Position numbers and translations under genes: made by a program. The notes under the pieces are model-generated. The model did no database searches. It was not told where the DNA came from and saw nothing but the letters and a program-made list of their open reading frames with translations. From Conidiobolus incongruus B7586 (Eukaryota), in NCBI GenBank assembly GCA_000697335.1, contig JNEM01009148.1, positions 1 through 44,339 of the forward strand: DNA of 44,339 nucleotides. Direction: 5' to 3'. This document shows, one piece after another, positions 10,413-24,608 of the stretch (position 1 is its first letter; every line of letters begins with the position of its first letter).

Positions 10413-12070
10413 TTTAAAACTGCTGAAATGATAGCAAACTAATTACTTATTTGATAAATCCGTATTTAAGTTCATGATGATAATAATACTAATGTTTAAC
10501 TATTAAAGTTAATAAATGAGCATTCAATTTATAATTGAATATTATATTTATTTTGCATTATATTAATTAATTTGGAATTAATTTCAAAATAGGGAAATAG
10601 ATATTTGAACTCATAATCAATTGTTTATTTAATTTGATTAAAAATTGATTCAAATATACCTTGTCAGAAATTTAAATAGGATTTTCTCTTTCTAATAAAA
10701 TATATCAAACCATATTATTAATATGAGAGTGATTTATAAGAAGTAATATTAAATTTTGAATTAATTGAAATCGAGATGTAATATTTGTATTTCAAATTAA
10801 AGTATCAATGAAAGCTATGATATTTGTTATTTATCTATGATGTTTTAATTGATTTATATATAGTTATTAATATTCTAATTTTGATATTATCAAATTTATA
10901 TTGTTTGGTTGAGTGTATTTCAAATTTTATTAATTAATTGGAACACTTTGCTTGGAATTATATTAAAATAATGGTCATTGATAATCAGTGTAATTGTATA
11001 ACTGTTTTAAAGATGAATTATTAATGTGTATCATAATTGATTAGAAACGCACCATTTTCAAGACAATTTAAAACACCAAGCTATATAGATATGTAATTTA
11101 ATTTGAAAATATGATTTTATTCCAATTAACAATACAATAAAAAGGATTTATACACTTTTATGCATCAAATTCAGATAATAATAGTGACGCTTGATTTGAA
11201 TATTTGTTTATTAGATTCTTAGTATATTACCTGCAACAAATATTGGATGTTAATTAATATTTAATAATAATAATCAAAATTTCTAATTTTTAAAATATTA
11301 AATAAAAAAATTTTTAATCAATGTTTTTGCATTTAAATAGTAAAATGTATAAAGATAAATTTTACAAATAAAGTTAATCCTAATAAGTGAATATCATGAT
11401 ATTTTGATCAAATTTATTTTTAATCAAGTAAAAATCTTAGTAAATAAGATAATATATATGATGATCAAGGTGTGATTATTTCATCCATATTATATATTAT
11501 ACTTTGGTTAATATTATTATTTATATTATTCTGTTATCAAAATAAAGTTAATGATGAAATATTTATTTTTCAATCTATTAAATATATTTGAAATTAAATT
11601 ACTGAAAAATATTCATAATGTATTTCATTTGAAAATGATAATGATATTTGGAAAAAGTGTTATTAAATAAATAGAAAGGATTCAAAGTATCTCTGAGTGT
11701 TAATTAAAGTGTATTGATACTGTATATATATATCATTATTTTATCATTATATAATTTTAAATTTTATCACAAATGAATTCATCTGAAATTAATACTTTGA
11801 TTGATATCAATTATAGGAGTTTGTTTAATAGTTTAAATTGATGACGTAGGATATCAAATATAAGATTAGTCAATATATTTAAAATATATGGGTAAAAAAT
11901 TGTTGAGATAAATATGAAAAAAAGATGTTTGAGGTGATTTTATATTATAAATCAATAAAAAACATTTAGAGAATCTTTCAAAATATAAAATATTTATCAA
12001 GACAAAAATAAATGAATTTAATTAAATAGAATATAAAAGAAAGATTAGTAATTTATTAAACAAAAAGGGT

Positions 12071-14101
12071 TTAAATATCATAAGGAGAAGTATTATTAGT
12101 CCACTTATTTGCCCATCTGATCTTTTCAGCGAACCATCTCAACTGGTTAGCAGGCTTGGAGACCCAATGATTCTCATCAGGGAAGTAGAGGAATCTGGAG
12201 GGAACGCCTTGGCGTTGAAGAGCAGTAAAGGCCGCAATACCGTCAGTGCTGACGCAGCGGTAGTCCTTGCCACCGTGGATGAGGAGAGTGGGGGTACGCC
12301 ATTTGGAAACAGTGTTCATAGGATTCCAGCGTTCAACAATGTCGCGAACTTCCCAGGCGGGACCTCCAAACTCGGCCTCGTTGAAGAAGGTTTCGTCGGT
12401 GGTGAAGTAATCTTCGTAAGTATCAAACGTACCATCGTGGCCTATGAGACATTGGAAGCGGTCAGTGTGACCATTGAGCCAATTGACCATATATCCACCG
12501 TAGGAAGCACCCCAAGCACAGGATCTCTTATCGTCTAAGAAGTTGTACTTTTGGAGGGCGTAGTCGTAGCCCTTGATCAAATCTTCATAAGGATAACCTC
12601 CATAGTGCTGGAAGATAGAATCGGTGAATTTTTGACCGTAACCGGTAGATCCGTGGAAATTGATCATTATGACAGCATAGCCAGCAGATGCTGGGATTTG
12701 AGGATTCCAACGATAACCGAAGCTATCACCCCAAGCGCTTTCAGGACCTCCGTGAACCCAAAAAGCAACTGGGTACTTTTTGCCTTCTTGGAAGTTAACA
12801 GGCTTAACGATCAAACCGTGAACGACTTCATTCAAAGCACCCTTGAACCAGAAAGATTCGGCATCTTGAAGTTGGTAATCTTTGTAAGCATCGATATTAA
12901 ATGAAGTGAGTTTCTTTTCGTTGGCACCATCCAAATTGACTGTAAACAATTCAGAAGGTTGATTGATTCTAGTTTTTTTGAAGATGACTTCATTGTCATT
13001 AACTTGAAATACTGAAGCAGATCCAGTTTGAGTCAATTCCTTGAGCTTTTCAGTCTCAATATCTAACTTGAACAACTTGTTCTTGGAGAGATGATTGGCA
13101 TCCAAGATCAATGACTTGGAATCTGGAGTGAATTCAACGGATCCGGCGCTAAGATCCCAATCGTCGTACAAATATCTCTTCTTCTTGGTGGTTCTGTCGT
13201 AAAGGACAATATGGTTGCGATCAGATTCGTTATTATCTTTGATGATTTCTAACCAAGCTAAATACTTGCCATTTGGAGAGTATGTGGGAGATGCAAGGGC
13301 ACCTAATCCACTATCATTGATCTTAACAGGCGCTTTACTTCCATCGGAGGGGACAATATAGAGCTCTAAAGTGGTTTTCCAGGCGATATCTCTACGATCT
13401 GGACGAGTTAAGAAAGCAACTTCTTTTCCATCAGGAGAAATTGCATAATCACCACTATCGCCAAATGGAGAAATGGGAGTACTTGACTTGGGAGTTTCGA
13501 TCAATAAATCTTTTCCAGAGTTAGGGACATTTCCATCAAGACTAGCAGCAAAGAGATGGCTTCTGACTGAGTAATCCTTGAACTCATCCCAATGACGTAC
13601 ATAGAGCTGCTCATAAACCAAAGCTGAGTCGAATCTCTCTTCTTTCTTTTCCAATTGGTATTCGGTTGTGAAGGTCAATAACTTTGATTCAGGATGATAC
13701 TTCACATTATCAATAGATTCATAAGTGAAATTTGTCAATTGTTTGATGGTAGGATTGTTAACATCCTTAAAGCTAATAGACCAGAACTGAGCAGTATCAT
13801 CCTTATTAGCGACATAACCAACCTCATCATCATTGAGCCAAATCGGATTATAAAAATCGGAAGGTAAAGTTGATGTCAAATTGGTAGACTGACCAGATTT
13901 CAAATTATATAAGAAAACATTCACTTTCTTTTTATTGGTCTCTTTATCATATTGGGAAGTGCTGTAAATTACATTTTGACTATTTGGTGAAATTGCATCA
14001 TAAGTAGTTCTAGGTAAAGTTACCAAAACTTCAGGTGATACTGGTTTCTTTCGACCTTGAACTAAACTTAATAAAATATTAATTAGAAATAATTTTTTCA
14101 T
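12071..14101 (-). CDS. DPP5: Secreted dipeptidyl-peptidase V (peptidase S9C), copy 1
   Basis: Signal peptide, LYVRHWD, SPDG/SPNG propeller repeats, HGGPES, GSTGYGQ, nucleophile GASYGG, KDYR, DENHWV. Confidence 0.93.
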   Translation of the reverse strand: MKKLFLINILLSLVQGRKKPVSPEVLVTLPRTTYDAISPNSQNVIYSTSQYDKETNKKKVNVFLYNLKSGQSTNLTSTLPSDFYNPIWLNDDEVGYVANKDDTAQFWSISFKDVNNPTIKQLTNFTYESIDNVKYHPESKLLTFTTEYQLEKKEERFDSALVYEQLYVRHWDEFKDYSVRSHLFAASLDGNVPNSGKDLLIETPKSSTPISPFGDSGDYAISPDGKEVAFLTRPDRRDIAWKTTLELYIVPSDGSKAPVKINDSGLGALASPTYSPNGKYLAWLEIIKDNNESDRNHIVLYDRTTKKKRYLYDDWDLSAGSVEFTPDSKSLILDANHLSKNKLFKLDIETEKLKELTQTGSASVFQVNDNEVIFKKTRINQPSELFTVNLDGANEKKLTSFNIDAYKDYQLQDAESFWFKGALNEVVHGLIVKPVNFQEGKKYPVAFWVHGGPESAWGDSFGYRWNPQIPASAGYAVIMINFHGSTGYGQKFTDSIFQHYGGYPYEDLIKGYDYALQKYNFLDDKRSCAWGASYGGYMVNWLNGHTDRFQCLIGHDGTFDTYEDYFTTDETFFNEAEFGGPAWEVRDIVERWNPMNTVSKWRTPTLLIHGGKDYRCVSTDGIAAFTALQRQGVPSRFLYFPDENHWVSKPANQLRWFAEKIRWANKWTNNTSPYDI

Positions 14102-17100
14102 TTTTTTAATAAGTTACATTATTTTAATTAAACATAGATTTTAAATATCCTATTTGTATCTAATTAAAATGATGGGATAAATTTAATTAATTTTACCGAA
14201 TTTATCATAAATTTGCAGTCATAAGGCATTTAATGCTGATAAATGTGAATAATATGATCATCTCAACTTGTCTTCGATATATATTTTCCTTTTTGATCAA
14301 ATATAATAAACTGTAATGAGAAAATGGTTACAATTTTTATTACAAATAATTTTTGAAAATTACAAGTTTAGATATATGTTATTAGGTGATCGGTAATCGG
14401 GTAAAAATTGGATGATTATTGTTATATAAACTTTGGATTGAAGTATTAATTTGAAATAAAATTATTGGATATTATATAATATATTGGATATGATTCATAA
14501 TGGATATTTCTTAAGTAATACATTTTTATATTTATCATTATTTTTTTTTCGAAATTTTTAACTAAATAAGTCCGATATTGTTTTTAATATCTGAATTCAA
14601 AAATATAATTTTCATATAAATTTGACATTAAAGATTTTTCACAGTGTTATAGCAAATTATTTTGAATCCTGTCAGTGCATGGCCAAATAAAAATTTGAAT
14701 AATAACCTAATATTTCACTTTGTTCTTAATAAATGATTATATAAAAAATCAATGGTGTATTAATTATAATGATTTAATAAACAAATCATTATGCTTGGCT
14801 ATATTTTAATGAACTTTGCTTAACAATAATTACTTTAGTTTTTTTTATAAGCTATAATAAAATTTAAGATATATGTTTTATATCTATATTAATTTTAATA
14901 TTAATGTTTATAATATAGTTATAAAACAAATATTTTAGTTATTTTAATAATCTATCAATTAAAATTAAAAATTTAAATTTTAGTTTATTAATTAGTAATA
15001 TTTCCTCGAATATAATAATATCAATATCTAAATAATAACTTTTTTTTCAAATAATTATTTACTTTGGTATTTATTATATAATTTTAATTTTTTGTCCCAA
15101 GCAATTATCATATTTTTTTTAGTTTTAAGTTATATATGATGATTCATTATTTATTTATTTGATTGATACTCTTAAATATAGTAGGATAAGTAACATATCG
15201 ATATAAATTTATATTGACTTTATTCATTTTATTCACTTAATTTATAATTATAATCAAAAGTCTTATATGGTTAAATTTTTAATTAATATCAAATAATCTG
15301 TTAATAAAATTATAATAGAGTTAGTATCCAATTGTAAAAAATATCTTAGTTTGTTGGTTAGGCTATATAGATAATATTGGAAATATATTAAAATTTTATT
15401 AAAAAAATCGATAAATTAAAAAGTAAAAAGAACTTAAACAAGGTAAGTCTTTAATATCAGATCTTCTAAGCTGGCTAATATACTCTGTAATATTATATAT
15501 TAAAACCTTTTGCCACCATTTAGTATTTAATAATATATTTTAATAATTTATAAAAAATTTATATAATACGATATTATGATGTAAACTCTAAGTTAAAAAT
15601 TTGTAAAATTTATAATACCTTAATTTTAGTAATAATGGTTTTTGTGACAATCTATTAAAAGTTATAATATATATAGTAGGGATTATAAATTATTAAATGA
15701 TTTATGAATATTTAGTATGATATTATAATAATGATGAAATATTAATTATTATGTAATTGTATATTATCATAAAATCAAAAGAACTTTTAATAAAAATTGT
15801 TCCAAATTTATTATATTATATTATATTTTAAATTATTGTTAACAATACATATTATTATTTACAATTATAAATTTTTGAAATAACATTTAATTCAAAATAA
15901 CAAATAATATGTTATATATTTGAAAACATTATTAACTGAGCAATAAGTATATATTTTTTATTCTTTTTGAATCGAATCTTGAACTTAATGTTGATAGAAA
16001 AAGTATCTAAATTTTTTCAATCATCATAAAAGAAATAAATTAAAGAATTTCAAAAAAGCTATACTAGGTTTCAAAGAAAAATTCACAGTATTTTGAGTAA
16101 AATTTTAAGAATAATCATTTTGAAAGTTATTGAATTGACTATAATTAATTGGCATGTTAATTATCATCAATGTATAATATTAAAAAGTTAGCTTATAACT
16201 AGTATCTGATGGTCTGCATATTTTATAACCAATATTATCTGGTTTAAAATATTTGCAATTAGCTATTAAATCTGACTAATTAAAGACTGATATTTCTTAT
16301 AATAATTATAACCTAACCAAATTAAATCATATATATATATATTATTATACTTATATTATTTTAATTAAATGATAATTAAAGTTATGTTAGTCTATATACA
16401 TTATATTAATGAAAAATATCAATTTTTATTCAATTTATTTGTATTTTCTTTATTTGAATATATACTGCAAACCTATATATTAACCACTTAATATATATAA
16501 TTAGGATAGTATTAAAATCGATTGCAAGTATACATAATATGAAATATTTAAAAATAACTATTAAATATTTTTTAAATAATAAATTAGCAAATTTATACTT
16601 ATACATAATATGCTCAAAATTTATAATTAAATTTTCTCAAATTGATGAAATTATATTCTTTAAATATTTTAATTGACAATTTCAAATTAACTTGCAATTT
16701 CCGCTATTCATTATTTTCATCATATATTGAAACTATTATAATATTATATATCAAATAGTATTTGTATTTTACTTTAAAAGAAATAATTAAATCATTTATT
16801 TTATTAATATTTATATTCTTGGATTAAATTATCCAGTAATTAAAAAATTATTGTTGGGTTAAATGTATTATTCTCTAAACTATTAATCATTCAAAATCAT
16901 CTTTTAAACCTCGATATGAGATTAATCCAAAATTAATTATTTAAAATTTCACGATAATGGTATGATTATTATATAATTTAAGCCAAATATAGTTAAACAA
17001 AAAGATACAACCACTTTTCAATAAACATAGTGTATATAAAATGGTTCGTAATAATTAAAGTTAATACTCTATATAATAAATGAACCGAATTTAACAAATA

Positions 17101-19507
17101 TGCTGATTATATTAATTGACTTTTTTTATTAAAAAATGATCTTATATCAAGATTTAAAACAATTTTATATTCTATTTCTCAAAAATTTTGATTGAGATGA
17201 ATTTCAACTAAATCAATTTTTCCATTATTTAATAGTATAGTGATTATATCAAATTCAGATATTCTATTCCATTTGTAATTCCTAAGAGTTATTAATATTA
17301 TAATTTTCTGATCCACTTTCATCTTATTTTATATGCTATATATTTTTCATCCGTAATTTAATAATTTCGCAAGACATTCTTGTAAGTTATATCCTTATCA
17401 ATCCCAAAAATTGATCATTAAATTATTAAATCTTAACTATTTCAGCACCAATAATTATTGCAATTTTGAGTTTGAGATGTATTCCTTAGCTTATGATTAA
17501 TATAATCTATAATGTAATGTTTCATATGCTAATATTTCAATAAAAAATAAAACTAAATCCACATGATATCAAATAATTATCTTCGAATCGAGCGATAATA
17601 CAAATCTATTAAATGATTAAAATTACTATATAAATCAAATTTATATATAATATTATGAATCAAAATATAGATACTGTGACAAATTTATTTAATTCCAGTT
17701 TTAGGTCAAAAATTTGATCTCAAATACTCTTCGTCTCATTTTTATAATGGTTTTATCAAATTAAAATCAAATATTTTCAATTATATAATAATATCAAAAT
17801 AAATAATGATGGAATATTATAACATCCATAACTTTTATTTAATAATTCTGCATCAATATCTAATCTGGTATTCATCGTTTAAAAAAACAAATCTTTTACA
17901 AATTATTCATTAAATACAATAGCAAAAGCAAGTTGATATAGAATTATTTTTTGTACACTGCATTGTAAAAATTGAATGCTTCTTGCTGTTTCATAACTAT
18001 AGAAACTGTCAAACGTCTGAACAAATGTAAATATTAATAATAAACAACATCATATAACAATATGGACTAATAATTTTTCAAGATAATGATTCTAACACAT
18101 TTCTTGATATATCAGGTTTGGGTATATTTCGGTTGAAAAGGATTTTTATATTTCTATAATTTCAATTTGAGAAATTACAAAATAATAAATATTTCTAATT
18201 GTTATATTATTTGTAATTAAGTATTTAAAGCAAATACTGAAAGAAAAAGTTAAATTATGATCCATTTAACCGGGTAATAGCTTGAAATATTCCAATATAA
18301 TCCAAATCTTGGATAATCAATATTGTTATTGATATGCAAAATATATATTAAAAATTTCAATAAAATTATGAAAACAATATATTTGTATGATTTTTTAGAG
18401 ATAATGATCTAGAGTCAATGATATAAAAATTAAACAAATACAATTTTGATTATGATAATTCATAAAAATAATTTGCTTAATTATATTGTTAAATGTGTCT
18501 GATGATAACAAATTTTGTTGTTATTAATATAATTAAACTAGATGATTTAGATCTTTTATCCTTAATGTTTATAATTATAGCAAGAGAAATGTCAATTTAC
18601 CACAGTTTTATATCATCTGTAAATTAAGTATTTCCCAAATTATCTTTACTATAAAAGGAAATATCAACTGTTGCGAATTATATCCGAATATTATGGATAA
18701 CATCGGTATTTATTTACTATATTATTGAAATAATTAAATAATTATCAAATATGAGTAATTTATTATGTAATAATATGGCAAAAAGATATTTGATTCAGTT
18801 GATTAATTGATTAGATGTGAGTAAATTTTCATATAGATTTATCTGTGAAATTGATATGATATTATTATAAAAATATCAAAAAAAGGATCATATTAAATCT
18901 AGGATATTGAGAATATAATAATAGAAAATTGGAAAGAGTAATCTTCTATTCTTTAAGGTGAGTTATTTTTAACTTTCGATAATAAATAATATAAAAGTAC
19001 CAAAGCTACACAATCACACTTTTGATTTTACCAATCGTCATCATAGTATCTAATCAGGTGATCAAAGAAAATTCAATTCACGAGTCTAACCAAATTGCTC
19101 ATGTGATAAATACAAATGGAAAAATTGGAGTGTAATTGATCTCAGGTGATTTGATGGAAGAGTTAATGGAAAAAAATATGACGCTGACATTACTCAAGTT
19201 TAAGATATTATCAATGAACCAAATACCAAGCATACTTAGAAGATTAATGCTGTCTTATGAGGATAGCGTAATGGTTATATTATGGAATATAACTTACATT
19301 CAATTGTATAAAGTCAAATGTATCAGTTTAAACATAATAATCAATGCAACATCACCAAACCACTAAACTTAAACTTGTAAAACTCATAATCATTCTGAAT
19401 TGCATAACAAATAAAATACAAAATAAATGAAATGTTAAACCTGAAATTGACTATATATATGACTCAAATCCTTAATACTTCCCTACTATTTTTAACATAA
19501 TCATATA

Positions 19508-21532
19508 ATGAAAGTATCCCTACTTTTTTCTCTTTTAGTCTTTGTAGTTGCTGGGGAAAAGAAGCCTCTCAGTCCCACTGATTTGATTGCTTTCCCCCGT
19601 AACTCCATCCAAACTGTCTCTCCCGATGGCAAATCTGCTCTCTATTCTACCACCACATATAATCCTCAGACAAATAAGAAATCAAAGCACTTCTTCTTAC
19701 TTGACATCGCTTCCGGATCTGCAAAGAATGTAACTGAATTCATTCCCGCTGGTTTCAACACTCCCTCATGGATTGATGACAATAATTTAGGTTTCTTTGC
19801 CACTAAAGATAAAAAAACTCAATTTTTCTCTTTCCAATTTGGCAAAGAAATCTCCAAACCTGTTCAACTTACCAACTTCACTCAAGAAATCAGCAATTTC
19901 AAATATCATGCTGATTCTAAGTTATTAACTTACACTGTTGATTTTGAGTTGGAAAAGAAACCTGAAACTTTTGATTCCGGTCTTGCTTATGAACAATTAT
20001 ATGTTCGTCACTGGGATACTTTCAAGGATTACAATGTTTACTCTCATCTTAATGCTGTCCCCATTGGCAAAGATATAGTTACTAAAGGCGTTGATTTGAT
20101 GGCTAAAACTCCCAAGGCTAGCACTCCAGTTGGACCTTTTGGTGATGCTGGTGATTATAGCATTTCACCCGATGGTAAAGAAGCTGTCTTCTTGACCAGA
20201 CCCGACAAAAAGAACATTGCTTGGAAAACCACCTTGGAATTATATCAAGTTCCTACTGATGGATCAGCCGCTCCTGTCAAGATCAATGATGAAGGATTGG
20301 GTGCCATTGCTTCTCCTCGCTACTCTCCCGATGGCAAATACATTGCTTGGTTAGAAATCACCTCTGACAACAACGAATCTGGTCGCAATCACATTGTACT
20401 TTGGGATCGCGCCACCAAGAAGAAGAAGTATTTGTATGACAACTGGAATTTAAGCCCTACTTCCGTTGATTGGGCTAAGGATTGTAAGACTTTATTACTA
20501 TCTGTACCTCACCATGCCCGTGTCAAGATCTACTCCTTAGATATTGAAGGCAAGAATCTCAAAGAATTGACCTCCAATGGAAAATCTACTCTTTATGAGG
20601 CCCGTAAGGATCACATTCTCTTCACTCAAAATGACTTGACCAGCTTACCTGAATTGCACTCAATGAACTTGGATGGCTCTAATGTCAAGAAGTTAACCAA
20701 CCTCAATACCAAGCTTATTGAACAATATCACACCTCCAAACCTGAATTCTTCTGGTTCAAGGGCGCTAAGGATGAATTGGTTCATGGTTTCATTCTCAAG
20801 CCTATCAACTACCAAGAAGGTAAAAAATATCCCATTGCCCTTTGGGTTCATGGTGGTCCTGAATCTAACTTTGCTGATTCTTTCGGCTTCGGTTGGAACC
20901 CTCAAATTCCTGCCAATGCTGGTTTCGCTACTATCATTATTAATTTCCATGGTTCTACCGGTTACGGTCAAAACTTCACTGAATCCATCCTCCATAACTG
21001 GGGCAGTTATCCCTTCGAGGATATTATGAAGGGCTTTGACTATGCTCTTACTAAATATCCTTACCTCGATGGCAACCGTGCCTGTGCTTGGGGTGGTTCT
21101 TATGGTGGTTTCATGATGAACTGGCTCAATGGTCACACTGATCGCTTCAAGTGTCTCATCAATCACGATGGTGTCTTTGATACCAAACATTCTTACTACA
21201 CCACTGACGAACTCTTCTTTATGGAAAACGAAAATGGTGGTACACCTTGGGAAAATCCCGAAAACTACAATAAATGGAATCCTGCCAACTTTGTCAAGAA
21301 CTGGAAGACTCCCACTTTAGTCATTCATGGTGGTAAGGACTACCGTTTGGTCGATGGTGAAGGTTTAGCCACTTTCACTGCCCTTCAAAGACAAGGTGTT
21401 CCTTCTAGACTCCTCTACTTCCCTACCGAAAACCACTGGGTCTTGGATTCAGCTAACCAGATCAGATGGTTGAATGAAAAGATCAAGTGGGCCAACAAGT
21501 GGACTAACAACACTTCTCCCTACAAGCTTTAA
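19508..21532 (+). CDS. DPP5: Secreted dipeptidyl-peptidase V (peptidase S9C), copy 2
   Basis: Signal peptide, LYVRHWD, HGGPES, GGSYGG, KDYR, ENHWV. Colinear with copy 1. Confidence 0.93.
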   Translation: MKVSLLFSLLVFVVAGEKKPLSPTDLIAFPRNSIQTVSPDGKSALYSTTTYNPQTNKKSKHFFLLDIASGSAKNVTEFIPAGFNTPSWIDDNNLGFFATKDKKTQFFSFQFGKEISKPVQLTNFTQEISNFKYHADSKLLTYTVDFELEKKPETFDSGLAYEQLYVRHWDTFKDYNVYSHLNAVPIGKDIVTKGVDLMAKTPKASTPVGPFGDAGDYSISPDGKEAVFLTRPDKKNIAWKTTLELYQVPTDGSAAPVKINDEGLGAIASPRYSPDGKYIAWLEITSDNNESGRNHIVLWDRATKKKKYLYDNWNLSPTSVDWAKDCKTLLLSVPHHARVKIYSLDIEGKNLKELTSNGKSTLYEARKDHILFTQNDLTSLPELHSMNLDGSNVKKLTNLNTKLIEQYHTSKPEFFWFKGAKDELVHGFILKPINYQEGKKYPIALWVHGGPESNFADSFGFGWNPQIPANAGFATIIINFHGSTGYGQNFTESILHNWGSYPFEDIMKGFDYALTKYPYLDGNRACAWGGSYGGFMMNWLNGHTDRFKCLINHDGVFDTKHSYYTTDELFFMENENGGTPWENPENYNKWNPANFVKNWKTPTLVIHGGKDYRLVDGEGLATFTALQRQGVPSRLLYFPTENHWVLDSANQIRWLNEKIKWANKWTNNTSPYKL

Positions 21533-22622
21533 ACACTTCTAGGATGGAGTTATATATAAAGACACATATATTTATTTATTAATTAATCAATAAATTATTT
21601 TACAAGTTCGATCATTAAATTTTAATCTTAAATTAATTTGATTTATAATTATTCAATTATTGATTAAGTTCAAACATCAAGTAGCAATATTATATCATTA
21701 AATATTACTTATTTGCCACTGATTAATATATTTAAGTATAATGATATATTTGATTTTCAGCAACTATGCAATTATTATCAATTTTATCAAATAACAAGCT
21801 AAAAATTCTTTATCAGTCATCCTCCTATTTATAATTAATTTTATCAATTGTTTATATTGAAAATATGAATATATGGGTATTAGATACTTATTTCATTTCA
21901 TATTTTTTAATGAATATAACTGATTAACTAAGTATTTTTAGAATAATTATTACAATTAAATTTTTAAATTATTTAACTATGAAAATATTTTTCGTTATCT
22001 TAATGATTTCCATATACCTAAAATTTTTTTACTAAATTCATTATTTTGAGAATTAAAATTGTTTATATTTCATCATTATTAGTTAATTAACAGTTTAAAG
22101 ACTAAAATTATTTCAACAGGTATAAATTATATTAAATCCTCAATTTACAATATAAATTAATTTTATTAATATAATTTGGAGTTTTTATCTAATGATTTAA
22201 ATAATTAAATCCAATCTGGTACAATAAAAATTTTTGCTATATTATCAATTTAAATTTTTTAAATCAAATAATCTTATTATTCGTCAATTAAATTTTTATC
22301 ATAAAATGTAAATTTTATATGTGAAAATTGTGAGTGACTCATTTTGCAAAGTTTTAATATTGTGAGGTAGAAAATATATAGTTAATTGTGATTAATATAA
22401 GGGTTTGAGTTGAAGCGATTTTTTATTAAAAAATATTAATTATGAAATTTATCTGTAGTTTTGACAATAAATTGATTGAATTATTATTTTATTACATTTA
22501 AAGTATTTTTATCAACTTAGTTTATCAAAGTAAATACTACTGGGGATAATTATAAAAAAATATATTAGATTTTATTAGTAGTATTTAATACAAGAATATA
22601 ATTTAAAAATTTAAAAAAATTA

Positions 22623-22624
<2 letters not shown>

Positions 22625-22653
<29 letters not shown>
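22625..22653. repeat. (AT)14 microsatellite
   Basis: Direct reading. Confidence 0.9.
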
Positions 22654-23199
22654 ACATTAATTTTGAGGAAAATTGCTAAAATTTGTCAATTTGATGCCCG
22701 ATTTAAATATTAAAATCATTGATTAATTGAATTTGAAAATATTAGATGGGAAACATATTAATATATATCAAAAAAACTAATTCTTTGATTAAATCAACTT
22801 TCAGATAAATGTATTATCATAATAAAATTATATAAATTTACTGGATAAAATAGATTGATGCAATTCAAAATAAAATATTTGTGACACTATCAGTAGGATT
22901 CGGCATATATTTTTAAATTCTATATGTGTTGACTTTCAAACTCTAATATCATTTGACATCATATGACTTCTTTAATGAAAAATCAGAATTATCTATTTAA
23001 TTTTAATATTGTTAATTTATTTTAAATCTAATAGTCATCAAATATTCACAATCTAAATGATATTTTCAGTATTATAGTAATGATACTTATATCAATTATA
23101 TTTAAATTTTATTTGGGTTAAAAATATTTGGGATCAATCATCAATTATAATAATTAATCTAGTATACAGATCCAAATTTTGGATCCAAAATTAATAAAA

Positions 23200-24270
23200 T
23201 ATATTTGAAGTGATAGTATAGATTGGCTGATTAAAGGGAATATCTTAAATTCGTTAGTAAATATATCTCTATTTTTATTTGTTGCTTGTTTAAAACTTTA
23301 GTATGCTTATTGATAATTTAAACAAAAATCCAGTTCAATTTCTCCAAAGTTTTTTTATTTTGAATTAGCCAATCAAATGAAACTATAGTATTAATAAGAA
23401 GTTCTGGAATTTTCAATTAGAATCCCATAATAATTAAATCTAAAATTTTCTTCCTCAAAGAGTATAAATTCTCCCTTAAATTAATTCTTAAAACCTTGGT
23501 TAAGTAGGAAAATTACACCTGTAAAAATTTAATATTTTTACAATTTTAATGATGCAAATTAGGCGCTTTTATAAATTTTTTCCTGTTGAGATTTATCTCG
23601 ATGGGAATTGATTAGATGTAGCGTCAGGGAAAGAGGCCTTTCAATCTAACCCTTTTGCTGATCCTTCAAAGTGTAATTAGTACTACTTTGGTTATTTACT
23701 TTATTATTCTAAAAATTTTGGTTTATTATCTCTTACTAGGGATTTGATAAATTGTGGCAATTGGATTAGTATTTGATTAGTTTTCTAATTGTTTTACTAA
23801 AACTGTTTGATATTTTCTTGACATTATCTTTTTTGGATTAATCAACATTTCAATATTTGTATTCATAATATATATCCAATATACTGGATACATATTTTAA
23901 TTAATAAAACATACATCTATTATTGAATATGATTCATTGAATAAAATATTTCTTATATTTTATTAAATTATTTTTAACATTTTTGATCATATTCACATTT
24001 TGTATTATTTCAAACTCTTTGATCTTGAATATTGTTTTACAATTGATATCAGATCTCGATGACTTTTAATTACAAACCCTAAACAAATAATTTTATCACT
24101 AATAAAATACCAGAATATTATAAAAGCTATTCGTTAATTTTTTGAATTATTACATAGTACAAAATACCTAAAAATTTTAAAATGAATTACATATATGTTT
24201 ATTATGTTAAATTGAAAATCATCAACATTGTTTGAAAATATCATATCCCCAATTTTGAATTGCATTTCGA
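23200..24270 (-). pseudogene. Possible heavily decayed multi-exon gene, unidentified
   Basis: Coding-like pieces (MQFKIGDMIFSNNVDDFQF; FEGSAKGLD*KASFPDATSNQFPSR*; CNFPT*PRF*ELI*GRIYTL*GRK) with interspersed GT..AG intron-like stretches and frequent in-frame TAA/TGA. Confidence 0.25.
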
Positions 24271-24608
24271 ATTTTTTATATTCTAAAAATATGAATATAC
24301 ACTTGATTATATTAATCAGTTGAAATATATTCAAATTATAAATAGTTAAAAATTTGTCATAATATGATATTATCTATTAAAACTTTCATACATATTTTAT
24401 CAATCCTTGAACCAAATTTGGATAAATTAAAAAAGTCCCATAAATATTTGACTTAATAAGTTTATAAATTATTTTAATTACCTGTCAATTTCACTTGAAC
24501 TTAAATCTCATTTTAAAATTCTTTTTAATAATTAAATCTCTCTCTGATAATTCCTAGTTCAATAAATTTTACCAAGTTAACAACTTAATAATATTAATTA
24601 TATAAAAA

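Noticed and set aside
12167..12904. Antisense ORFs in DPP5 copy 1 (and 20693-21190 in copy 2) that resemble each other
   Set aside because: Expected shadows of paralogous, codon-biased sense genes.
15430..15475. GKSLISDLLSW resembling the end of a retrotransposon RNase H
   Set aside because: Isolated weak match with no flanking motifs.
17380..17480. Minus-strand IIGAEIVK resembling an LRR unit
   Set aside because: Single degenerate unit with no periodicity.
21521..21532. C-terminal YKL of DPP5 copy 2 as a PTS1
   Set aside because: Non-canonical first residue, and the protein has a signal peptide.
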